Shown one piece after another: positions 1 to 12,996 of a stretch of DNA of 64,000 nt. The notes under the pieces were generated by a model. That model saw only the letters and a list, made by a program, of their open reading frames with translations, was not told the DNA's origin and searched no databases. The position numbers were made by a program, and so were the translations under genes. Location of the stretch: positions 1-64,000 of the forward strand of contig CAXKVF010000084.1 of assembly GCA_964057225.1 (NCBI GenBank), read 5' to 3'. Source of the stretch: Auanema rhodensis. Taxonomy: Eukaryota > Animalia > Nematoda. The stretch's first letter is position 1. Every line of letters starts with the position of its first letter.

Positions 1-880
1 TTGGAAACCGCATCTCTTTATCTTTCACGTGAAGCGAGTTACATACCAAGTGCACATCACGTGTACATTTAATTAGCATAAATTAAAGTTCACGTAAATT
101 TCAAAGTCATGGTTACCATGAACCAATATCAATAAAAATTTGTTTTTAGACTAATATGGACATGGGGAATCTAATTTTGAAAACCGCATCTCTTTATCTT
201 TCACGTGAAGCGAGTTACATACCAAGTGCACATCACGTGTACATTTAATTAGCATAAATTAAAGTTCACGTAAATTTCAAAGTCATGGTTACCATGAACT
301 AATATCAATAAAAATTTGTTTTTAGACTAATATGGACATGGGGAATCTAATTTTGAAAACCGCATCTCTTTATCTTTCACGTGAAGCGAGTTACATACCA
401 AGTGCACATCACGTGTACATTTAATTAGCATAAATTAAAGTTCACGTAAATTTCAAAGTCATGGTTACCATGAACCAATATCAATAAAAATTTGTTTTTA
501 GACTAATATGGACATGAGGAATCTAATTTTGAAAACCGCATCTCTTTATCTTTCACGTGAAGCGAGTTACATACCAAGTGCACATCACGTGTACATTTAA
601 TTAGCATAAATTAAAGTTCACGTAAATTTCAAAGTCATGGTTACCATGAACCAATATCAATAAAAATTTGTTTTTAGACTAATATGGACATGGGGAATCT
701 GATTTTGAAAACCGCATCTCTTTATCTTTCACGTGAAGCGAGTTACATACCAAGTGCACATCACGTGTACATTTAATTAGCATAAATTAAAGTTCACGTA
801 AATTTCAAAGTCATGGTTACCATGAACTAATATCAATAAAAATTTGTTTTTAGACTAATATGGACATGGGGAATCTAATT

Positions 881-954
881 TTGAAAACCGCATCTCTTTA
901 TCTTTCAAATTCAAAATTTGTTTTTAGACTAATATGGACATGGGGAATCTAATT
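881..954. repeat. 74-bp internally deleted monomer, copy 1
   Basis: Monomer nt 1-27 (..TATCTTTCA) + AATTC (908-912) + monomer nt 135-176 (AAAATTTG..CTAATT). Net loss of 102 bp; the next monomer starts at 955. Confidence 0.97.
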
Positions 955-1482
955 TTGAAAACCGCATCTCTTTATCTTTCACGTGAAGCGAGTTACATAC
1001 CAAGTGCACATCACGTGTACATTTAATTAGCATAAATTAAAGTTCACGTAAATTTCAAAGTCATGGTTACCATAAACCAATATCAATGAAAATTTGTTTT
1101 TAGACTAATATGGACATGGGGAATCTAATTTTGAAAACCGCATTTCTTTATCTTTCACGTGAAGCGAGTTACATACCAAGTGCACATCACGTGTACATTT
1201 AATTAGCATAAATTAAAGTTCACGTAAATTTCAAAGTCATGGTTACCATGAACCAATATCAATAAAAATTTGTTTTTAGACTAATATGGACATGGGGAAT
1301 CTAATTTTGAAAACCGCATCTCTTTATCTTTCACGTGAAGCGAGTTACATACCAAGTGCACATCACGTGTACATTTAATTAGCATAAATTAAAGTTCACG
1401 TAAATTTCAAAGTCATGGTTACCATGATGCAATATCAATAAAAATTTGTTTTTAGACTAATATGGACATGGGGAATCTAATT

Positions 1483-1556
1483 TTGAAAACCGCATCTCTT
1501 TATCTTTCAAATTCAAAATTTGTTTTTAGACTAATATGGACATGGGGAATCTAATT
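1483..1556. repeat. 74-bp internally deleted monomer, copy 2
   Basis: Same junction TCTTTCAAATTCAAAATTTG as 881-954, located 602 bp (3x176+74) downstream. Confidence 0.97.
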
Positions 1557-4020
1557 TTTAAAACCGCATCTCTTTATCTTTCACGTGAAGCGAGTTACAT
1601 ACCAAGTGCACATCACGTGTACATTTAATTAGCATAAATTAAAGTTCACGTAAATTTCAAAGTCATGGTTACCATGCACCAATATCAATAAAAATTTGTT
1701 TTTAGACTAATATGGACATGGGGAATCTAATTTTGAAAACCGCATCTCTTTATCTTTCACGTGAAGCGAGTTACATACCAAGTGCACATCACGTGTACAT
1801 TTAATTAGCATAAATTAAAGTTCACGTAAATTTCAAAGTCATGGTTACCATGAAGCAATATCAATAAAAATTTGTTTTTAGACTAATATGGACATGGGGA
1901 ATCTAATTTTGAAAACCGCATCTCTTTATCTTTCACGTGAAGCGAGTTACATACCAAGTGCACATCAGGTGTACATTTAATTAGCATAAATTAAAGTTCA
2001 CGTAAATTTCAAAGTCATGGTTACCATGAACCAATATCAATAAAAATTTGTTTTTAGACTAATATGGACATGGGGAATCTAATTTTGAAAACCGCATCTC
2101 TTTATCTTTCACGTGAAGCGAGTTACATACCAAGTGCACATCACGTGTACATTTAATTAGCATAAATTAAAGTTCACGTAAATTTCAAAGTCATGGTTAC
2201 CATGAACTAATATCAATAAAAATTTGTTTTTAGACTAATATGGACATGGGGAATCTAATTTTGAAAACCGCATCTCTTTATCTTTCACGTGAAGCGAGTT
2301 ACATACCAAGTGCACATCACGTGTACATTTAATTAGCATAAATTAAAGTTCACGTAAATTTCAAAGTCATGGTTACCATGAACCAATATCAATAAAAATT
2401 TGTTTTTAGACTAATATGGACATGGGGAATCTAATTTTGAAAACCGCATCTCTTTATCTTTCACGTGAAGCGAGTTACATACCAAGTGCACATCACGTGT
2501 ACATTTAATTAGCATAAATTAAAGTTCACGTAAATTTCAAAGTCATGGTTACCATGAACCAATATCAATAAAAATTTGTTTTTAGACTAATATGGACATG
2601 GGGAATCTGATTTTGAAAACCGCATCTCTTTATCTTTCACGTGAAGCGAGTTACATACCAAGTGCACATCACGTGTACATTTAATTAGCATAAATTAAAG
2701 TTCACGTAAATTTCAAAGTCATGGTTACCATGAACTAATATCAATAAAAATTTGTTTTTAGACTAATATGGACATGGGGAATCTAATTTTGAAAACCGCA
2801 TCTCTTTATCTTTCACGTGAAGCGAGTTACATACCAAGTGCACATCACGTGTACATTTAATTAGCATAAATTAAAGTTCACGTAAATTTCAAAGTCATGG
2901 TTACCATGAACCAATATCAATAAAAATTTGTTTTTAGACTAATATGGACATGGGGAATCTAATTTTGAAAACCGCATCTCTTTATCTTTCACGTGAAGCG
3001 AGTTACATACCAAGTGCACATCACGTGTACATTTAATTAGCATAAATTAAAGTTCACGTAAATTTCAAAGTCATGGTTACCATGAACCAATATCAATAAA
3101 AATTTGTTTTTAGACTAATATGGACATGGGGAATCTAATTTTGAAAACCGCATCTCTTTATCTTTCACGTGAAGCGAGTTACATACCAAGTGCACATCAC
3201 GTGTACATTTAATTAGCATAAATTAAAGTTCACGTAAATTTCAAAGTCATGGTTACCATGAACCAATATCAATAAAAATTTGTTTTTAGACTAATATGGA
3301 CATGGGGAATCTAATTTTGAAAACCGCATCTCTTTATCTTTCACGTGAAGCGAGTTACATACCAAGTGCACATCACGTGTACATTTAATTAGCATAAATT
3401 AAAGTTCACGTAAATTTCAAAGTCATGGTTACCATGCACCAATATCAATAAAAATTTGTTTTTAGACTAATATGGACATGGGGAATCTAATTTTGAAAAC
3501 CGCATCTCTTTATCTTTCACGTGAAGCGAGTTACATACCAAGTGCACATCACGTGTACATTTAATTAGCATAAATTAAAGTTCACGTAAATTTCAAAGTC
3601 ATGGTTACCATGAACCAATATCAATAAAAATTTGTTTTTAGACTAATATGGACATGGGGAATCTAATTTTGAAAACCGCATCTCTTCATCTTTCACGTGA
3701 AGCGAGTTACATACCAAGTGCACATCACGTGTACATTTAATTAGCATAAATTAAAGTTCACGTAAATTTCAAAGTCATGGTTACCATGCACCAATATCAA
3801 TAAAAATTTGTTTTTAGACTAATATGGACATGGGGAATCTAATTTTGAAAACCGCATCTCTTTTTCTTTCACGTGAAGCGATATACATACCAAGTGCACA
3901 TCACGTGTACATTTAATTAGCATAAATTAAAGTTCACGTAAATTTCAAAGTCATGGTTACCATGCACCAATATCAATAAAAATTTGTTTTTAGACTAATA
4001 TGGACATGGGGAATCTAATT

Positions 4021-7000
4021 TTGAAATCCGCATCTCTTTATCTTTCACGTGAAGCGAGTTACATACCAAGTGCACATCACGTGTACAATTAATTAGCATA
4101 AATTAAAGTTCACGTAAATTTCAAAGTCATGGTTACCATGAAGCAATATCAATAAAAATTTGTTTTTAGACTAATATGGACATGGGGAATCTAATTTTGA
4201 AAACCACATCTCTTTATCTTTCACGTGAAGCGAGTTACATACCAAGTGCACATCACGTGTACATTTAATTAGCATAAATTAAAGTTCACGTAAATTTCAA
4301 AGTCATGGTTACCATGAACCAATATCAATAAAAATTTGTTTTTAGTCTAATATGGACATGGGGAATCTAATTTTGAAAACCGCATCTCTTTATCTTTCAC
4401 GTGAAGCGAGTTACATACCAAGTGCACATCACGTGTACATTTAATTAGCATAAATTAAAGTTCACGTAAATTTCAAAGTCATGGTTACCATGCACCAATA
4501 TCAATAAAAATTTGTTTTTAGACTAATATGGACATGGGGAATCTAATTTTGAAAACCGCATCTCTTTATCTTTCACGTGAAGCGAGTTACATACCAAGTG
4601 CACATCACGTGTACAATTAATTAGCATAAATTAAAGTTCACGTAAATTTCAAAGTCATGGTTACCATGAAGCAATATCAATAAAAATTTGTTTTTAGACT
4701 AATATGGACATGGGGAATCTAATTTTGAAAACCACATCTCTTTATCTTTCACGTGAAGCGAGTTACATACCAAGTGCACATCACGTGTACATTTAATTAG
4801 CATAAATTAAAGTTCACGTAAATTTCAAAGTCATGGTTACCATGAACCAATATCAATAAAAATTTGTTTTTAGACTAATATGGACATGGGGAATCTAATT
4901 TTGAGAACCGCATCTCTTTATCTTTCACGTGAAGCGAGTTACATACCAAGTGCACATCACGTGTACATTTAATTAGCATAAATTAAAGTTCACGTAAATT
5001 TCAAAGTCATGGTTACCATGAACTAATATCAATAAAAATTTGTTTTTAGACTAATATGGACATGGGGAATCTAATTTTGAAAACCGCATCTCTTTATCTT
5101 TCACGTGAAGCGAGTTACATACCAAGTGCACATCACGTGTACATTTAATTAGCATAAATTAAAGTTCACGTAAATTTCAAAGTCATGGTTACCATGAACC
5201 AATATCAATAAAAATTTGTTTTTAGACTAATATGGACATGGGGAATCTAATTTTGAAAACCGCATCTCTTTATCTTTCACGTGAAGCGAGTTACATACCA
5301 AGTGCACATCACGTGTACATTTAATAAGCATAAATTAAAGTTCACGTAAATTTCAAAGTCATGGTTACCATGAACCAATATCAATAAAAATTTGTTTTTA
5401 GACTAATATGGACATGGGGAATCTAATTTTGAAAACCGCATCTCTTCATCTTTCACGTGAAGCGAGTTACATACCAAGTGCACATCACGTGTACATTTAA
5501 TTAGCATAAATTAAAGTTCACGTAAATTTCAAAGTCATGGTTACCATGAACCAATATCAATAAAAATTTGTTTTTAGACTAATATGGACATGGGGAATCT
5601 AATTTTGAAAACCGCATCTCTTTATCTTTCACGTGAAGCGAGTTACATACCAAGTGCACATCACGTGTACATTTAATTAGCATAAATTAAAGTTCACGTA
5701 AATTTCAAAGTCATGGTTACCATGCACCAATATCAATAAAAATTTGTTTTTAGACTAATATGGACATGGGGAATCTAATTTTGAAAACCGCATCTCTTTA
5801 TCTTTCACGTGAAGCGAGTTACATACCAAGTGCACATCACGTGTACATTTAATTAGCATAAATTAAAGTTCACGTAAATTTCAAAGTCATGGTTACCATG
5901 CACCAATATCAATAAAAATTTGTTTTTAGACTAATATGGACATGGGGAATCTAATTTTGAAAACCGCATCTCTTTATCTTTCACGTGAAGCGAGTTACAT
6001 ACCAAGTGCACATCACGTGTACATTTAATTAGCATAAATTAAAGTTCACGTAAATTTCAAAGTCATGGTTACCATGCACCAATATCAATAAAAATTTGTT
6101 TTTAGACTAATATGGACATGGGGAATCTAATTTTGAAAACCGCATCTCTTTATCTTTCACGTGAAGCGAGTTACATACCAAGTGCACATCAGGTGTACAT
6201 TTAATTAGCATAAATTAAAGTTCACGTAAATTTCAAAGTCATGGTTACCATGAACCAATATCAATAAAAATTTGTTTTTAGACTAATATGGACATGGGGA
6301 ATCTAATTTTGAAAACCGCATCTCTTTATCTTTCACGTGAAGCGAGTTACATACCAAGTGCACATCACGTGTACATTTAATTAGCATAAATTAAAGTTCA
6401 CGTAAATTTCAAAGTCATGGTTACCATGAACTAATATCAATAAAAATTTGTTTTTAGACTAATATGGACATGGGGAATCTAATTTTGAAAACCGCATCTC
6501 TTTATCTTTCACGTGAAGCGAGTTACATACCAAGTGCACATCACGTGTACATTTAATTAGCATAAATTAAAGTTCACGTAAATTTCAAAGTCATGGTTAC
6601 CATGAACCAATATCAATAAAAATTTGTATTTACACTAATATGGACATGGGGAATCTAATTTTGAAAACCGCATCTCTTTATCTTTCACGTGAAGCGAGTT
6701 ACATACCAAGTGCACATCACGTGTACATTTAATTAGCATAAATTAAAGTTCACGTAAATTTCAAAGTCATGGTTACCATGAACTAATATCAATAAAAATT
6801 TGTTTTCAGACTAATATGGACATGGGGAATCTAATTTTGAAAACCGCATCTCTTTATCTTTCACGTGAAGCGAGTTACATACCAAGTGCACATCACGTGT
6901 ACATTTAATTAGCATAAATTAAAGTTCACGTAAATTTCAAAGTCATGGTTACCATGAACCAATATCAATAAAAATTTGTTTTTAGACTAATATGGACATG

Positions 7001-10000
7001 GGGAATCTAATTTTGAAAACCGCATCTCTTTATCTTTCACGTGAAGCGAGTTACATACCAAGTGCACATCACGTGTACATTTAATTAGCATAAATTAAAG
7101 TTCACGTAAATTTCAAAGTCATGGTTACCATGAACTAATATCAATAAAAATTTGTTTTTAGACTAATATGGACATGGGGAATCTAATTTTGAAAACCGCA
7201 TCTCTTCATCTTTCACGTGAAGCGAGTTACATACCAAGTGCACATCACGTGTACATTTAATTAGCATAAATTAAAGTTCACGTAAATTTCAAAGTCATGG
7301 TTACCATGAACCAATATCAATAAAAATTTGTTTTTAGACTAATATGGACATGGGGAATCTAATTTTGAAAACCGCATCTCTTTATCTTTCACGTGAAGCG
7401 AGTTACATACCAAGTGCACATCACGTGTACATTTAATTAGCATAAATTAAAGTTCACGTAAATTTCAAAGTCATGGTTACCATGCACCAATATCAATAAA
7501 AATTTGTTTTTAGACTAATATGGACATGGGGAATCTAATTTTGAAAACCACATCTCTTTATCTTTCACGTGAAGCGAGTTACATACCAAGTGCACATCAC
7601 GTGTACATTTAATTAGCATAAATTAAAGTTCACGTAAATTTCAAAGTCATGGTTACCATGCACCAATATCAATAAAAATTTGTTTTTAGACTAATATGGA
7701 CATGGGGAATCTAATTTTGAAAACCGCATCTCTTTATCTTTCACGTGAAGCGAGTTACATACCAAGTGCACATCACGTGTACAATTAATTAGCATAAATT
7801 AAAGTTCACGTAAATTTCAAAGTCATGGTTACCATGAAGCAATATCAATAAAAATTTGTTTTTAGACTAATATGGACATGGGGAATCTAATTTTGAAAAC
7901 CACATCTCTTTATCTTTCACGTGAAGCGAGTTACATACCAAGTGCACATCACGTGTACATTTAATTAGCATAAATTAAAGTTCACGTAAATTTCAAAGTC
8001 ATGGTTACCATGAACCAATATCAATAAAAATTTGTTTTTAGACTAATATGGACATGGGGAATCTAATTTTGAAAACCGCATCTCTTTATCTTTCACGTGA
8101 AGCGAGTTACATACCAAGTGCACATCACGTGTACATTTAATTAGCATAAATTAAAGTTCACGTAAATTTCAAAGTCATGGTTACCATGAAGCAATATCAA
8201 TAAAAATTTGTTTTTAGACTAATATGGACATGGGGAATCTAATTTTGAAAACCGCATCTCTTTATCTTTCACGTGAAGCGAGTTACATACCAAGTGCACA
8301 TCACGTGTACATTTAATTAGCATAAATTAAAGTTCACGTAAATTTCAAAGTCATGGTTACCATGAACCAATATCAATAAAAATTTGTTTTTAGACTAATA
8401 TGGACATGGGGAATCTAATTTTGAGAACCGCATCTCTTTATCTTTCACGTGAAGCGAGTTACATACCAAGTGCACATCACGTGTACATTTAATTAGCATA
8501 AATTAAAGTTCACGTAAATTTCAAAGTCATGGTTACCATGAACTAATATCAATAAAAATTTGTTTTTAGACTAATATGGACATGGGGAATCTAATTTTGA
8601 AAACCGCATCTCTTTATCTTTCACGTGAAGCGAGTTACATACCAAGTGCACATCACGTGTACATTTAATTAGCATAAATTAAAGTTCACGTAAATTTCAA
8701 AGTCATGGTTACCATGAACCAATATCAATAAAAATTTGTTTTTAGACTAATATGGACATGGGGAATCTAATTTTGAAAACCGCATCTCTTTATCTTTCAC
8801 GTGAAGCGAGTTACATACCAAGTGCACATCACGTGTACATTTAATAAGCATAAATTAAAGTTCACGTAAATTTCAAAGTCATGGTTACCATGAACCAATA
8901 TCAATAAAAATTTGTTTTTAGACTAATATGGACATGGGGAATCTAATTTTGAAAACCGCATCTCTTCATCTTTCACGTGAAGCGAGTTACATACCAAGTG
9001 CACATCACGTGTACATTTAATTAGCATAAATTAAAGTTCACGTAAATTTCAAAGTCATGGTTACCATGAACCAATATCAATAAAAATTTGTTTTTAGACT
9101 AATATGGACATGGGGAATCTAATTTTGAAAACCGCATCTCTTTATCTTTCACGTGAAGCGAGTTACATACCAAGTGCACATCACGTGTACATTTAATTAG
9201 CATAAATTAAAGTTCACGTAAATTTCAAAGTCATGGTTACCATGAACCAATATCAATAAAAATTTGTTTTTAGACTAATATGGACATGGGGAATCTAATT
9301 TTGAAAACCGCATCTCTTTATCTTTCACGTGAAGCGAGTTACATACCAAGTGCACATCACGTGTACATTTAATTAGCATAAATTAAAGTTCACGTAAATT
9401 TCAAAGTCATGGTTACCATGCACCAATATCAATAAAAATTTGTTTTTAGACTAATATGGACATGGGGAATCTAATTTTGAAAACCGCATCTCTTTATCTT
9501 TCACGTGAAGCGAGTTACATACCAAGTGCACATCAGGTGTACATTTAATTAGCATAAATTAAAGTTCACGTAAATTTCAAAGTCATGGTTACCATGAACC
9601 AATATCAATAAAAATTTGTTTTTAGACTAATATGGACATGGGGAATCTAATTTTGAAAACCGCATCTCTTTATCTTTCACGTGAAGCGAGTTACATACCA
9701 AGTGCACATCACGTGTACATTTAATTAGCATAAATTAAAGTTCACGTAAATTTCAAAGTCATGGTTACCATGAACTAATATCAATAAAAATTTGTTTTTA
9801 GACTAATATGGACATGGGGAATCTAATTTTGAAAACCGCATCTCTTTATCTTTCACGTGAAGCGAGTTACATACCAAGTGCACATCACGTGTACATTTAA
9901 TTAGCATAAATTAAAGTTCACGTAAATTTCAAAGTCATGGTTACCATGAACCAATATCAATAAAAATTTGTATTAACACTAATATGGACATGGGGAATCT

Positions 10001-12996
10001 AATTTTGAAAACCGCATCTCTTTATCTTTCACGTGAAGCGAGTTACATACCAAGTGCACATCACGTGTACATTTAATTAGCATAAATTAAAGTTCACGTA
10101 AATTTCAAAGTCATGGTTACCATGAACTAATATCAATAAAAATTTGTTTTCAGACTAATATGGACATGGGGAATCTAATTTTGAAAACCGCATCTCTTTA
10201 TCTTTCACGTGAAGCGAGTTACATACCAAGTGCACATCACGTGTACATTTAATTAGCATAAATTAAAGTTCACGTAAATTTCAAAGTCATGGTTACCATG
10301 AACCAATATCAATAAAAATTTGTTTTTAGACTAATATGGACATGGGGAATCTAATTTTGAAAACCGCATCTCTTTATCTTTCACGTGAAGCGAGTTACAT
10401 ACCAAGTGCACATCACGTGTACATTTAATTAGCATAAATTAAAGTTCACGTAAATTTCAAAGTCATGGTTACCATGAACTAATATCAATAAAAATTTGTT
10501 TTTAGACTAATATGGACATGGGGAATCTAATTTTGAAAACCGCATCTCTTTATCTTTCACGTGAAGCGAGTTACATACCAAGTGCACATCACGTGTACAT
10601 TTAATTAGCATAAATTAAAGTTCACGTAAATTTCAAAGTCATGGTTACCATGAACCAATATCAATAAAAATTTGTTTTTAGACTAATATGGACATGGGGA
10701 ATCTAATTTTGAAAACCGCATCTCTTTATCTTTCACGTGAAGCGAGTTACATACCAAGTGCACATCACGTGTACATTTAATTAGCATAAATTAAAGTTCA
10801 CGTAAATTTCAAAGTCATGGTTACCATGAACCAATATCAATAAAAATTTGTTTTTAGACTAATATGGACATGGGGAATCTAATTTTGAAAACCGCATCTC
10901 TTTATCTTTCACGTGAAGCGAGTTACATACCAAGTGCACATCACGTGTACATTTAATTAGCATAAATTAAAGTTCACGTAAATTTCAAAGTCATGGTTAC
11001 CATGAACCAATATCAATAAAAATTTGTTTTTAGACTAATATGGACATGGGGAATCTAATTTTGAAAACCGCATCTCTTCATCTTTCACGTGAAGCGAGTT
11101 ACATACCAAGTGCACATCACGTGTACATTTAATTAGCATAAATTAAAGTTCACGTAAATTTCAAAGTCATGGTTACCATGCACCAATATCAATAAAAATT
11201 TGTTTTTAGACTAATATGGACATGGGGAATCTAATTTTGAAAACCACATCTCTTTATCTTTCACGTGAAGCGAGTTACATACCAAGTGCACATCACGTGT
11301 ACATTTAATTAGCATAAATTAAAGTTCACGTAAATTTCAAAGTCATGGTTACCATGCACCAATATCAATAAAAATTTGTTTTTAGACTAATATGGACATG
11401 GGGAATTTAATTTTGAAAACCGCATCTCTTTATCTTTCACGTGAAGCGAGTTACATACCAAGTGCACATCACGTGTACAATTAATTAGCATAAATTAAAG
11501 TTCACGTAAATTTCAAAGTCATGGTTACCATGAAGCAATATCAATAAAAATTTGTTTTTAGACTAATATGGACATGGGGAATCTAATTTTGAAAACCACA
11601 TCTCTTTATCTTTCACGTGAAGCGAGTTACATACCAAGTGCACATCACGTGTACATTTAATTAGCATAAATTAAAGTTCACGTAAATTTCAAAGTCATGG
11701 TTACCATGAACCAATATCAATAAAAATTTGTTTTTAGACTAATATGGACATGGGGAATCTAATTTTGAAAACCGCATCTCTTTATCTTTCACGTGAAGCG
11801 AGTTACATACCAAGTGCACATCACGTGTACATTTAATTAGCATAAATTAAAGTTCACGTAAATTTCAAAGTCATGGTTACCATGCACCAATATCAATAAA
11901 AATTTGTTTTTAGACTAATATGGACATGGGGAATCTAATTTTGAAAACCGCATCTCTTTATCTTTCACGTGAAGCGAGTTACATACCAAGTGCACATCAC
12001 GTGTACAATTAATTAGCATAAATTAAAGTTCACGTAAATTTCAAAGTCATGGTTACCATGAAGCAATATCAATAAAAATTTGTTTTTAGACTAATATGGA
12101 CATGGGGAATCTAATTTTGAAAACCACATCTCTTTATCTTTCACGTGAAGCGAGTTACATACCAAGTGCACATCACGTGTACATTTAATTAGCATAAATT
12201 AAAGTTCACGTAAATTTCAAAGTCATGGTTACCATGAACCAATATCAATAAAAATTTGTTTTTAGACTAATATGGACATGGGGAATCTAATTTTGAAAAC
12301 CGCATCTCTTTATCTTTCACGTGAAGCGAGTTACATACCAAGTGCACATCACGTGTACATTTAATTAGCATAAATTAAAGTTCACGTAAATTTCAAAGTC
12401 ATGGTTACCATGAACTAATATCAATAAAAATTTGTTTTTAGACTAATATGGACATGGGGAATCTAATTTTGAAAACCGCATCTCTTTATCTTTCACGTGA
12501 AGCGAGTTACATACCAAGTGCACATCACGTGTACATTTAATTAGCATAAATTAAAGTTCACGTAAATTTCAAAGTCATGGTTACCATGAACCAATATCAA
12601 TAAAAATTTGTTTTTAGACTAATATGGACATGGGGAATCTAATTTTGAAAACCGCATCTCTTTATCTTTCACGTGAAGCGAGTTACATACCAAGTGCACA
12701 TCACGTGTACATTTAATAAGCATAAATTAAAGTTCACGTAAATTTCAAAGTCATGGTTACCATGAACCAATATCAATAAAAATTTGTTTTTAGACTAATA
12801 TGGACATGGGGAATCTAATTTTGAAAACCGCATCTCTTCATCTTTCACATGAAGCGAGTTACATACCAAGTGCACATCACGTGTACATTTAATTAGCATA
12901 AATTAAAGTTCACGTAAATTTCAAAGTCATGGTTACCATGAACCAATATCAATATAAATTTGTTTTTAGACTAATATGGACATGGGGAATCTAATT
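4021..12996. repeat. Imperfect higher-order repeat of about 19-22 monomers (two copies plus a partial third)
   Basis: TTGAGAACC at 4901/8421 (20 monomers apart); TTAATAAG at 5321/8841/12713 (20, 22); CAGGTG, TGTATT..CACT and TTTTCAG variants at ~6191/9535, 6626/9970 and 6807/10151 (19 monomers each). Confidence 0.85.

Noticed and set aside
107-128. RFX X-box (GTTACCATG...)
   Set aside because: Only a half-site is present; the second half (RGYAAC) is not completed by any allele.
131-136. AATAAA polyadenylation signal in each monomer
   Set aside because: Expected by chance in an AT-rich A-tract, and there is no gene context.
56-165. Budding-yeast point-centromere layout (ATCACGTG, 77-bp spacer, TGTTTTT)
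   Set aside because: The spacing is suggestive, but the spacer is only about 77% AT (CDEII is typically above 90%) and the essential CDEIII TTCCGAA core is absent. Point centromeres are also not tandemly amplified.
164-168. G-quadruplex or telomeric repeat from the GGGG/GGGGG run
   Set aside because: Only one G-run per 176 bp and no telomere-type short repeat.
1-176. Assignment to known satellites of similar size (Brassica CentBr, Arabidopsis CEN178, primate alpha satellite, honeybee AluI repeat)
   Set aside because: Only the length is similar. I see no sequence resemblance from memory, no AAGCTT or AGCT site and no CENP-B box. A database search is needed for any assignment.
1-176. Tandem 5S rRNA, tRNA, snRNA or spliced-leader gene array
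   Set aside because: No recognisable 5S or tRNA sequence, cloverleaf or Pol III A/B/C boxes, and no conserved-gene versus variable-spacer partition. An Rfam cmscan would settle this.
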